Below, piece after piece: positions 19,833-28,491 of a DNA stretch of 64,000 nucleotides. Position 1 is the first letter of the stretch. Each line of letters begins with the position of its first letter. Origin of the DNA: Gemmatimonadota bacterium (lineage in GTDB: Bacteria; Gemmatimonadota; Gemmatimonadetes; Gemmatimonadales; GWC2-71-9); assembly GCA_039589615.1 (NCBI GenBank), contig JBDHHA010000010.1:2824-66823 (forward strand), read 5' to 3'. The notes beneath the pieces were generated by a model. That model had not been told where the DNA came from. It saw only the letters and a program-made list of their open reading frames with translations, and searched no databases. Position numbers and translations under genes: made by a program.

Positions 19833-20747
19833 GTGGAATCGTATCGCGACTTCACGGTAGGCCTGTTCATCTTGGCGAGCATCGGCACCATTATCGGACT
19901 CTTCGTGATCACCAGCAACGCGCTGGACGTTCGCCAGGAGATCTACATGCGCGCCGACGCCGCCGACGGCCTAAACGAAGACACAAGAGTGTTCCTCCAG
20001 GGCCTCCAGATCGGAACCGTGACGGAGGTCAATGCACGTGTCGACGCTCAGGGAGTCTCCTTCGTGGCCGAGCTCAGGCTGCAGCGTGCGTACCCCGATG
20101 GCACGCCTCTCCAGCTTCCCGTCGGCACCCGGGCCGTCATCGCCGCGCCGTTACCCATCTCTGCGGCCGAAGTCGACCTGGAGATCCCGCAGCGAACCGA
20201 TGCTACCGGCTTTCTCCAACCCGGCGATACGATCGATTCCGATCGGATCCCCAGTGCCATGGACCTCTTGGGTGAGGTGGCGACGGAACTGAAGGCGGAG
20301 GTCGTGCAGACCCTCGCACTGACCCACACGCTCATCGAGGAGAGCACGGCGCGAATGACCCAAGCGGACGAGGTTATCGAGCTCGCCGAAGGAATCCTCG
20401 ACGCTACGGCGCCGAGGATCGAGGAGGCACTGCAGATGTTGGCCACGAGCCTCGAGCGCACCGATCAAATCCTCTCGGAGATCTCACCGCGCGTTGGACC
20501 AATGCAGGACAGCCTCATGGCTACATTGTCCCACGCCCGACTGATCCTCAGCTCGTTCGACACGCTGGCCACGACCGCGCACGGCTTGCTCAGCGACAAT
20601 CGCAGTGTCGTACTGGAAGCGCTCGAACGGCTCAACCACACGACTTTGTTGCTGGATTATTTCGCCGAGCAGATCACCCGCCGGCCTACCAGGCTGTTGA
20701 CGGGCGTCGAGCTCCCGCCACCGGACACGACGGAAGCGCGTCGATGA
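19833..20747 (+). CDS. MlaD/MCE-domain protein
   Basis: GTG start, N-terminal TM (FTVGLFILASIGTIIGLFV) and an MCE-like core (DGLNEDTRVFLQGLQIGTVTEV). Confidence 0.8.
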   Translation: MESYRDFTVGLFILASIGTIIGLFVITSNALDVRQEIYMRADAADGLNEDTRVFLQGLQIGTVTEVNARVDAQGVSFVAELRLQRAYPDGTPLQLPVGTRAVIAAPLPISAAEVDLEIPQRTDATGFLQPGDTIDSDRIPSAMDLLGEVATELKAEVVQTLALTHTLIEESTARMTQADEVIELAEGILDATAPRIEEALQMLATSLERTDQILSEISPRVGPMQDSLMATLSHARLILSSFDTLATTAHGLLSDNRSVVLEALERLNHTTLLLDYFAEQITRRPTRLLTGVELPPPDTTEARR

Positions 20748-22690
20748 AATACCAGCTCCTCCACACCACGAGCTACGACCCCAACGACATCGCTGATGCG
20801 TTGGCGAACGAGGGCATTGAAACCACGATCATCCGAGCCCCTGACGACCTGGTCGGGGGTGACCGTCCCACGGTTTTCGTGTTGGATCCCGGGGCTCGCC
20901 AGCTGTTCTCGACGGCGAAGCTCCGGTCTTTCGTGGAGGGCGGCGGGGCCGTCGTAGTATTGGGCCCGGAAGGCGACGGATCGCCCGGGGGTATTCCCGA
21001 TCACCTCGTGAGCGCCCTGCTCCACACGCCGTACCATCCGAGGGAACTGCTAATCGCTCTCCGCACTGCCTTTCGGGATGCGGCCACGCGAACCGAAAAC
21101 ACACGCCTCAGGAAGAGCGCCCAGGCGCGCACCCAGGAACTGGACGAGCTGACGCGGATAGGCGTGGCGCTCAACACCGAACGGAACTACGACACTCTGC
21201 AGTCGATGGTACTTTCCCAGGCCCGCCGCGTCACATCCTCGGACGCCGGGAGCCTGTACCTCGTCGAGACCGCCGAGGACGGCACACAGCGGCTGCGCTT
21301 CAAGCTCTCACAGACCCAGTCCCGGCCCGACCTGCCGTTGAGTGAGTTCACGATCGCAATCGATCACACCAGCATTGCCGGATACGTGGCGAGTACGGGG
21401 GAGCCGTTGGTGATCGACGACGCATACTTCCTGCCGCCGGATGTCGAGTACTCTATCAACCGGTCCTTCGACGAGACCAACCGATATCGCACGAAGTCGA
21501 TGCTCACGATCCCGATGAGCAATCACAAGAACGAAGTAATTGGCGTGCTGCAGCTCATCAACCGGAAACGAGACGCCGCTGCACTGCTCGACACGCCCGA
21601 GGACTTCGACGCACAGGTGACCCCATACAGTCGGAGGACGGTGGAATTGGTGACTGGCCTCGCCGGCCAGGCCGCAGTGTCCATCGAGAACAGCCAGTTG
21701 TACGAGAGCATCGAGCGACTGTTCGAGGGATTCGTCACCGCCGCCGTGACCGCGATCGAGCAACGCGACCCCACCACCTTCGGACATTCGGGGCGCGTGG
21801 CCACGATGACGGTGGGCATTGCTCGGGCCACCGATCGCGTCGACACCGGACCCTACAAGGACCTCGCATTCACCCGGCAGCAGCTACGCGAAATCCGGTA
21901 CGCCGGCCTGCTGCACGACTTCGGCAAAGTGGGCGTGCGCGAGCAAGTGCTCGTGAAGTCGAAGAAGCTGTACCCGCCGGATCTCTCATTGATCAAGCAG
22001 CGATACGCGTTCGTACGCCGCACGACGGAGCGCAACTTCTACAAGCAGCGGGCGGAATATCTGGAGCAGCATGGCACGCAGGGATATGAGGCGTTCTTCG
22101 AACGCATGCGGAGGGAATACGAAGACAACATCGGATCCTTGGATCACTTCTTGTCCTTGGTCCTGGAATCCAACGAGCCCACCATTCTCCCCGATGGAAG
22201 CTTCGACGAACTACTGCAATACGCCGATCGCTATTACCAGGATTCGGAGGACAAAGAGCAACCGTATCTGACCAGCGACGAGGTGCGGTATCTCACCATC
22301 CGGAAGGGGAGTCTGGACGAGACGGAGCGGGTCGAGATCGAGAGCCATGTGAATCACACGTATCGGTTCCTGATGCAGATCCCGTGGACCAACGAACTCC
22401 AGGACATTCCGCGCATCGCCTACGGACACCATGAGAAGCTCGATGGCCGCGGGTACCCCAGGGGAATCAGGGGAGATGACATTCCCATTCAGACGCGAAT
22501 GATGACAATTGCGGATATCTTCGACGCCCTCACGGCCTCGGACCGTCCCTACAAGCGGGCCGTGCCGGCCGAGAGCGCCCTGGACATTCTGGCGAGCGAG
22601 GTGAAGTCCGGGATGCTGGACGCAGACTTATTCCAGATCTTCCACGAAGCACAGGTTTTTGACGAGACCGCAAGCTCCGCTACAACTTGA
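20744..22690 (+). CDS. HD-GYP domain c-di-GMP phosphodiesterase with N-terminal receiver-like and GAF domains
   Basis: HD (LLHDFGKV) and HHEKLDGRGYP motifs. A GAF-like region reads SDAGSLYLVE...IAGYVASTGEPLVIDD. The ATG overlaps the mlaD stop (ATGA). Confidence 0.85.
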   Translation: MKYQLLHTTSYDPNDIADALANEGIETTIIRAPDDLVGGDRPTVFVLDPGARQLFSTAKLRSFVEGGGAVVVLGPEGDGSPGGIPDHLVSALLHTPYHPRELLIALRTAFRDAATRTENTRLRKSAQARTQELDELTRIGVALNTERNYDTLQSMVLSQARRVTSSDAGSLYLVETAEDGTQRLRFKLSQTQSRPDLPLSEFTIAIDHTSIAGYVASTGEPLVIDDAYFLPPDVEYSINRSFDETNRYRTKSMLTIPMSNHKNEVIGVLQLINRKRDAAALLDTPEDFDAQVTPYSRRTVELVTGLAGQAAVSIENSQLYESIERLFEGFVTAAVTAIEQRDPTTFGHSGRVATMTVGIARATDRVDTGPYKDLAFTRQQLREIRYAGLLHDFGKVGVREQVLVKSKKLYPPDLSLIKQRYAFVRRTTERNFYKQRAEYLEQHGTQGYEAFFERMRREYEDNIGSLDHFLSLVLESNEPTILPDGSFDELLQYADRYYQDSEDKEQPYLTSDEVRYLTIRKGSLDETERVEIESHVNHTYRFLMQIPWTNELQDIPRIAYGHHEKLDGRGYPRGIRGDDIPIQTRMMTIADIFDALTASDRPYKRAVPAESALDILASEVKSGMLDADLFQIFHEAQVFDETASSATT

Positions 22691-23693
22691 CGGGGCTTCC
22701 CTGCTCCGCTGACCGAAACACAGCCTCGAGTACTCGGTGCACAGCCAGCTGCTCTGCAAGATCCGGTCGCTCCACTTCTCCACGAATCAACGCAGCGAAG
22801 TGCGCCCACTGCGACATGTACGCCGCATTGAAGATGCTCTTTCGCTCCGACGTCCCGGTGGGGGTCACGTTCATCGGAGATCCGTGCATTTCCTTGAAGA
22901 CGGCAAGGGGCGCAACGGTGCTGGATCCATGAGAGCCAAGTAGCTCGAACCAGTACCGCTCGGATTTGCCCACGTAATGCCAGGACACATCCACCGTGAT
23001 GGACGGCCCGCCGTCGCAGGTTATCAGCACAACGGCGGAGTCCTCCACGATCTCCGGGTCCCTCGTGGGCGGATCGAATGCAGCACTCACGTGATCCGGC
23101 GTAGGCCAGTCCAGCATCCACAGGGCCAGGTCGACGAGGGGAAGACCCAGGTCGAGCATTGCCCCCCCGCCGGATTGCGCACGGTGCCGCCGCCACCCAA
23201 GGGCTTGTCGCGCCGGCCTGAACGTGTACCACCCGGTCCGAACGGCGTGCAGCTTTCCCAGCTCTCCTCCATCGAGAAACTGCTTCACAGCCTGCACGTC
23301 GGAGCGGAAGCGGGCCTGCATGCCCACGAACACCACTTTGTCCGCCCGTTCCTGCGCGGCAATGATGTCCTCCACACCCTCCGCCGTCAGGGCCAACGGT
23401 CGCTCGCACAGTACATGCACGCCCGCCGCCAGCGCGGTCTTGACGTGAACCTGATGGAGATGGTTCGGAGTACACACGGCGACCGCGTCGGGCTCGGTGC
23501 GACTCAAGAGGTATTCGATGTCGTCGAACACTTCCGGGATCTCGAACCGCGCCGCAAGCGAACGCGCCTTGGGTAGGTCGTAGTCACAGAGCCCGACCAG
23601 TTCGAACTCGTCCCGGCGGGCGATCATCGGCAGGTGAGCCACCTGCGCCACTGCGCCGGCCCCCACCACGGCAACCCGGACCGGCGGAGCCAT
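22680..23693 (-). CDS. Gfo/Idh/MocA family oxidoreductase
   Basis: Internal ATG gives MAPPVRVAVVGAGAVAQ (Rossmann GxGxxA), then the family-typical CTPNHLH and CERPLALT. The start overlaps the upstream stop by 1 nt (TGATG). Confidence 0.85.
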   Translation of the reverse strand: MAPPVRVAVVGAGAVAQVAHLPMIARRDEFELVGLCDYDLPKARSLAARFEIPEVFDDIEYLLSRTEPDAVAVCTPNHLHQVHVKTALAAGVHVLCERPLALTAEGVEDIIAAQERADKVVFVGMQARFRSDVQAVKQFLDGGELGKLHAVRTGWYTFRPARQALGWRRHRAQSGGGAMLDLGLPLVDLALWMLDWPTPDHVSAAFDPPTRDPEIVEDSAVVLITCDGGPSITVDVSWHYVGKSERYWFELLGSHGSSTVAPLAVFKEMHGSPMNVTPTGTSERKSIFNAAYMSQWAHFAALIRGEVERPDLAEQLAVHRVLEAVFRSAEQGSPVKL

Positions 23694-24343
23694 CAGTTTC
23701 CTCCCGGAAGGATGCGATACATGAACCCTGCCCGCGCGGAGGCGAGGAGCAGTTCGCTGCTCAGGACGCCTCGCGCTTCGGTGGTGAAGTGGAACTGGTC
23801 GGTGAGGGCGATCTCCAGGCCCAGCGACAGATCGGCACTGGCGGCAATGGTGTCGAGGGCGTCCTCGACGAACGTGTCTTCGATCGCCACGCCGGAGCCG
23901 TTGCGTACGTGGGCCCCCAAACCGAACCCGATGTACGTGAAGTAGCGGGGGCTCGACTGAAAGATGTATTGCAGATCGATGGTCGCTTCCAGGTTGGACC
24001 ACCCGATTTCCCCGATGTCCACGGTCGCGTCGCCCGTGGGATCGTCCACGATCTGCAGCACCCGGTTTTCGAAATCGCCGATCTCGTCCTGGTCGAGTTC
24101 GCCCTTGAAGTAATTGGCACCGAACACGACCCGGACCCGGGGCGCGATCATACCGTAATCCACGCGCACACCAAAGGAAACTTCCGTGGTGACACGGTCC
24201 GACGCCACAGGGCCCACCTCGAATCCGATGCCGGCGAAGCCGAGTCCTTCGTAGCTGAATTCGTCGAGAAACCCCTGAGCCTTGACGGCACTCGGGCCGA
24301 GCAAGAGCGCGAGACCAATGAGTAGGGCTGGTTTGGTAGACAT
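23693..24343 (-). CDS. Outer-membrane beta-barrel protein (OmpW/OmpA-like small porin family)
   Basis: Internal ATG with signal peptide ...SAVKAQ. Alternating hydrophobic beta-strand pattern, aromatic-rich, C-terminal ...AGFMYRI. Confidence 0.55.
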   Translation of the reverse strand: MSTKPALLIGLALLLGPSAVKAQGFLDEFSYEGLGFAGIGFEVGPVASDRVTTEVSFGVRVDYGMIAPRVRVVFGANYFKGELDQDEIGDFENRVLQIVDDPTGDATVDIGEIGWSNLEATIDLQYIFQSSPRYFTYIGFGLGAHVRNGSGVAIEDTFVEDALDTIAASADLSLGLEIALTDQFHFTTEARGVLSSELLLASARAGFMYRILPGGN

Positions 24344-24384
24344 GCGTGTGTCTGTGTGGTTGAGGGTTGGCACCTGTCTGTGCC

Positions 24385-25656
24385 TCATTCCGTCCACGGC
24401 ATCACCGTCGTGCCGGGGAAGTACGTTCCCAAAATGGTCTGATAGTCCTGCCCCGCGCGCGCCCGCCCGATGGCGCCCCACTGGCACATCCCCACACCGT
24501 GACCCCACCCGGCTCCTGCGGCGATCAGCTGCGTGAGGCGGTCGTTGGCTCGCTCTTTCGTCAGCTGGACGGCGGTGCTCCCGAGGGGGGCCGCCTCCGG
24601 GCTCTGAAACACGGCACGAACATCCGGTCCGAACACCGGGATTTCTCCCTGATCCACCTGCACGCGAATCTCCGTCACCCGTCCCGACGCACCCGTCCCT
24701 CGGACTTCCACGTCGCGCACCTCGGACACGAAATGCTCGTCGATCCCGAGCGCCCGGGGAACGGTCCTCCGCAACACCGCCGTCAGCTCCGCGCCCGACC
24801 ATTCCACCCGCCAGCGATACCGGGGCGACCTCTCGCAATAGTACCCTTGGCCATGGGCATCCGAAACCGACCGCAGGTACGGCTGGGGCCGCACGTTGCG
24901 AAACGATTCCTCGGGCGAGGCCGTGGCGAAGCCGCAGGTCGAGTGAAAGAACGCCGTGATGGGCCGGCCGTCGAGGGTCAACAACAGGCCGGCGGTATCG
25001 CGCACGGCCCGGCTTCCATCATCCGATTCCGCCTGGACGCCGCGATACGCTTGATCGCTGACACCGGCGCGCAGATCAAAACCTTGGGCCCGGAATCGCC
25101 CCAGGTTGGCGACGGCGTAGGTCCGGGATGCGATGGCTTGGGCCTCGAGGGCGGCTCGCTCCGAGCCGGACCGCCGGCCCATCTCCACCGCGATGACGCC
25201 CGCCACGTATTCCTCGAGTCCGAGCTCGTTGATGACCGTCACCGCGCCACTTTGCTGAACCACCGAGACCGTCCCGCGATAGGGAATCCCGTCCACCGTG
25301 ACGAGCCCCCGAGATCCCCGGAAGAGTAGCGAGTCAAACTGTGCGGACTGCCCTCCCCCCGATGCCGACACACCGTCTCCAGCGGGGGCGACGTCCACGG
25401 TCTCACCCCGCCCCAGGTGGATGGCGGTCTGGCCGCTCTCCGTCGCCACCACGTCACCCCGGGATCCGATCCGCACCGACCCGGCCCCAACGGCGAGCCC
25501 GATGCGGACGCGCTGCCCCGACGGTAGCGGGCCCGGAGCCGTCCCCCCCGAGCCGGCCCCCGACGCACACCCCGACGCCCCCATCGCTCCCGCCACGATG
25601 GTCGCCAGCCGCTTCAAGTGGTCTCTCCGGGTCTCGTTCGACTGGGGCGTGGTCAT
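24385..25656 (-). CDS. SpoIID/LytB domain-containing protein
   Basis: Internal ATG with a Tat-like TRRDHLKRLA plus a lipobox-like GASGC. SpoIID motifs are AQAIASRTYAV and GHGVGMCQWGA. The start overlaps the rimO stop (ATGA). Confidence 0.8.
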   Translation of the reverse strand: MTTPQSNETRRDHLKRLATIVAGAMGASGCASGAGSGGTAPGPLPSGQRVRIGLAVGAGSVRIGSRGDVVATESGQTAIHLGRGETVDVAPAGDGVSASGGGQSAQFDSLLFRGSRGLVTVDGIPYRGTVSVVQQSGAVTVINELGLEEYVAGVIAVEMGRRSGSERAALEAQAIASRTYAVANLGRFRAQGFDLRAGVSDQAYRGVQAESDDGSRAVRDTAGLLLTLDGRPITAFFHSTCGFATASPEESFRNVRPQPYLRSVSDAHGQGYYCERSPRYRWRVEWSGAELTAVLRRTVPRALGIDEHFVSEVRDVEVRGTGASGRVTEIRVQVDQGEIPVFGPDVRAVFQSPEAAPLGSTAVQLTKERANDRLTQLIAAGAGWGHGVGMCQWGAIGRARAGQDYQTILGTYFPGTTVMPWTE

Positions 25657-26972
25657 GGCAGGGCCACCACCCGGAAGTCGTAGTCGGTACACTCCTCGAT
25701 CCGCCCGCGCACGAATTCCCCCGGCTTGGCCCAGCCACCCCGCTGCACGGTCGTGACGCCGTCTACGTCGTCGGCCTGCCACATGACGCGTCCCACGTGG
25801 GTGGCGCCGTCTTCGTCGGGATCGGTCACCCCGTCGATCAACACCTCGGTCTCCCGGCCCACGTACCGGCTCAGACGATCCTCGGAGATGATCCGCTGCA
25901 GGTCGAGCAACTCTTCCTGGCGGGACCGCTTCACGTCGTCCGGAACGTCGTCGGTGAATTGCTGCTGCGCCCGAGTGCCCTCTTGGCTGGAGTAGGTGAA
26001 CACGCCGAGGCGCTCAAAAGTCATCTCTTCGGCAAAGTCGCGGAGTTCGGCAAAGTCGTCATCCGTCTCTCCCGGAAAGCCGACGATGGTCGTGGTCCGG
26101 ATCGCGATGTCCGGCACGACCTCGCGCAACCACCGCACCTTCTCGCGAATCGTTTCCCTCCGTTCGGGCCGCCGCATGCGTTCCAACATGCGGTCGGACG
26201 CGTGCTGGATGGGGATGTCGATATACGGGACGATACGCCGCTCCGACGCCATGAGTTTCACCAACCCGTCGCTCAAGCCCGCGGAATACACGTACAGCAG
26301 CCGGTACCATGGCACCGTTGTTTCCTCGAGGAGTGCCTTCAGGAGATCCGGCAGCTTCGGACCCTGGCGCCCGTAATCTCGGCCCCAATGCCCGAGGTCC
26401 TGCGCGACGAGGTTGATCTCCTTGGCACCCTGCGCTTCCAGCTGCTGCGCCTCCCGTACCAGCCGCTCCAGGGGCTCCGACCGGTGCTTGCCACGCATCA
26501 ACGGGATCGCACAAAACGCGCACGTGTGATCGCAGCCCTCGGAAATCTTCAGGTAGCGGACGTGGGTGTCGTCGCCGAAGTAGTGGCGCACACCGGGGTG
26601 GTGGGCGAGGGGATCCGCGATGAGGCCCCGGGCGGCGAGTTCGGGCGCCAGCTTGTGAAGCTCTCCAAAATTCAAGAAGAGATCCACCTCGGGAATCTCC
26701 GCCTCGAGCTCCCGCTGGTAGCGCTGCACCAGGCATCCCACGGCCACCACGGCCTTCACCGATCCGTGCTGCTTGAGTCCGCCGGCACCGATCATCGCCT
26801 CGATGGATTCCTGCTTGGCCGCGTCGATGAACCCGCAGGTATTGACGAGCACGACGTCTGCGGTGTCCAGTTCGGACACCACCTGAGCCCCGTGACCCAC
26901 CAACTCCCCCACAAGGCGCTCCGAGTCCACCGTGGCTTTGTCACACCCCATGGAGATGATGCCGAGCTTCAC
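25653..26972 (-). CDS. rimO: Ribosomal protein S12 methylthiotransferase RimO
   Basis: GTG start gives VKLGIISMGCDKATVDSE. Radical-SAM CDHTCAFCAIP. The C-terminal TRAM-like segment reads EVLIDG...GRVMWQADDVDG. The start codon is uncertain. Confidence 0.8.
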   Translation of the reverse strand: MKLGIISMGCDKATVDSERLVGELVGHGAQVVSELDTADVVLVNTCGFIDAAKQESIEAMIGAGGLKQHGSVKAVVAVGCLVQRYQRELEAEIPEVDLFLNFGELHKLAPELAARGLIADPLAHHPGVRHYFGDDTHVRYLKISEGCDHTCAFCAIPLMRGKHRSEPLERLVREAQQLEAQGAKEINLVAQDLGHWGRDYGRQGPKLPDLLKALLEETTVPWYRLLYVYSAGLSDGLVKLMASERRIVPYIDIPIQHASDRMLERMRRPERRETIREKVRWLREVVPDIAIRTTTIVGFPGETDDDFAELRDFAEEMTFERLGVFTYSSQEGTRAQQQFTDDVPDDVKRSRQEELLDLQRIISEDRLSRYVGRETEVLIDGVTDPDEDGATHVGRVMWQADDVDGVTTVQRGGWAKPGEFVRGRIEECTDYDFRVVALP

Positions 26973-27112
26973 GAGAGAGCCTCGCTCATCGAGTACAGCA
27001 ATGCAGGGGGTTGCATGGTGGGGAACATAGCGGTGAGCAGCGAGCAGTGGGTACAGGAGCCGGCCGCCCTGCCCCACCGGTCAGGGGGAGGGTGGGACGG
27101 CCCGCTCACTGC

Positions 27113-27970
27113 TCAAGATAGAAAGCTCTCCAGCGACCGAGCCCGGCTCACGTGTCGCAGACGGGCCAGCGCCTTCTCCTTTATTTGTCGCACACGCTCG
27201 CGGGTGATGCCCAACAGACCACCGATCTCCTCCAGGGTCATCGCTTCCTGACCGTCGAGCCCGAAGTAGAGACGGAGGATCTTGGCCTCGCGCTCCTTGA
27301 GCGTGCCGAGCACCTCTTCGATGCTGTTACTCAACGCCCGCTCGAACGTCTGGTCGTCGGGACCAGGACTCTGATCGTCGGGCAGATAGTCGAGGAGCTT
27401 GTTGTCCTCACCGGGGGTAAGGGGCGCATCGAGAGACAGATGACTCCGAGAGATGGCCAGCGTCTTGGCGACCTCGTCCTTCGGGATGTCCATCCCGTCG
27501 GCGATCTCCTCGATGGTCGGTTCCCTACCCAGCTCCTGTTGCAGCGCCGACGATCGCTTGCCGATACGGTGCAGCGTGCCCGCCCGGTTCAACGGCACTC
27601 GGACGATGCGGCTCTGCTCCGCCAGCGCTTGGAGGATCGCCTGTCGGATCCACCACACGGCGTAGGAGATGAATTTGATGCCTTTGGTCTCGTCGAATTT
27701 GTGGGCGGCGCGGATCAGGCCCAGGTTGCCTTCGTTGATCAGATCCGAAAGGCTGACACCCTGGTTCTGGTACTTCTTGGCCACCGACACCACAAAGCGC
27801 AGGTTGCTTCTGACGAGCTTGTCGAGGGATTCCGCGCAGCTGTCGTGGATCTGCACCGCCAACGACACTTCGTCTTCCCGCGCCAGGAGGGGATACTTAC
27901 TGATCTCTCGTAAGTACTGGTCGAGGGAACCTTCTTCGTTCCCGACCTTCTTTGCAGCGCTTACTCGCAT
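27113..27970 (-). CDS. RNA polymerase sigma-70 family factor, compact RpoD/SigA-like (regions 1.2-4, no long N-terminal region)
   Basis: LDQYLREI (region 1.2), NLRFVVSVAKKY...DLINEGNLGLIRAAHKFD, FISYAVWWIRQAI (region 2.4) and TLEEIGGLLGITRERVRQIKEKAL (region 4.2). Confidence 0.9.
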   Translation of the reverse strand: MRVSAAKKVGNEEGSLDQYLREISKYPLLAREDEVSLAVQIHDSCAESLDKLVRSNLRFVVSVAKKYQNQGVSLSDLINEGNLGLIRAAHKFDETKGIKFISYAVWWIRQAILQALAEQSRIVRVPLNRAGTLHRIGKRSSALQQELGREPTIEEIADGMDIPKDEVAKTLAISRSHLSLDAPLTPGEDNKLLDYLPDDQSPGPDDQTFERALSNSIEEVLGTLKEREAKILRLYFGLDGQEAMTLEEIGGLLGITRERVRQIKEKALARLRHVSRARSLESFLS

Positions 27971-28166
27971 GGGACTCGCAATTCCTCCGCGATGCTCGGA
28001 AGAGCCGTGTACTTCGACGCACCGACCTCACTCCAGCAATTACTGCCTTCACGAGGCGGGCTGTGAGTCAACGAATATCCAGCAGGCGTCAGAAATTGAT
28101 TCCGATCGTTCCGACGGCCCAAAAAGCCACAAGGCCCAATGCTGTAAATCAGGGCGTCACATTATG

Positions 28167-28418
28167 TTAGCCGCTCTCGGGACCGGGCGCAACTGCCACC
28201 GACCACCCTCGGCCCCCCGCCCACGCCCGGAGCCTGACCTGCAACTCCTCGCGGGGGCAGTCGTGTGCCAGCCGGAGCGCCGCGCAACACACCGTTTCGT
28301 TGGCAGCAAAATCTGCTTCGACAATCCTGCCGCCAGGGATGTTGCACACCGACAGTCGATCGAGCACCGAACCACTCGCGTTGACGAGGATGACGATGGA
28401 GTGATTGGAAGAGACCAT
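28167..28418 (-). CDS. Candidate small hypothetical protein (83 aa, 4 Cys)
   Basis: ORF in the 520-bp gap downstream of the sigma-54 regulator, on the same strand as its neighbours. Third-codon positions are mostly G/C by eye. There is no clear RBS and no recognisable family. Confidence 0.3.
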   Translation of the reverse strand: MVSSNHSIVILVNASGSVLDRLSVCNIPGGRIVEADFAANETVCCAALRLAHDCPREELQVRLRAWAGGRGWSVAVAPGPESG

Positions 28419-28491
28419 TGCGCCCGAACAATGCCGGGTGTCACCCGAAGGTGTGTGATCGGGACGCTGCGGCCCGTAGCGAAACGTCGCG

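Noticed and set aside
22680-24002. Long N-terminal extensions of several ORFs. Examples are oxidoreductase 22680..24002, OMP 23693..24838, SpoIID 24385..25782, argS 32423..34579, S9 40942..43080 and NmrA 58568..59551.
   Set aside because: The extensions are Arg/Pro-rich, overlap upstream genes and precede internal ATG/GTG codons. Those internal starts are followed by signal peptides or conserved N-termini, often with an RBS or stop/start overlap. The shorter starts were used.
25341-27251. 636-aa plus-strand ORF.
   Set aside because: It is antisense to SpoIID, rimO and the sigma-factor 3' end. It has no recognisable motifs and is a shadow ORF. The same reasoning applies to 36254..37861, 48061..49665, 56212..58041, 50253..51422, 38448..39206 and 32831..33547.
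28250-28280. TGGCAC...TGC on the minus strand, resembling a sigma-54 promoter downstream of the sigma-54 regulator gene.
   Set aside because: The GG-to-GC spacing is one nucleotide short of the required GG-N10-GC, and the motif lies inside the candidate small ORF.
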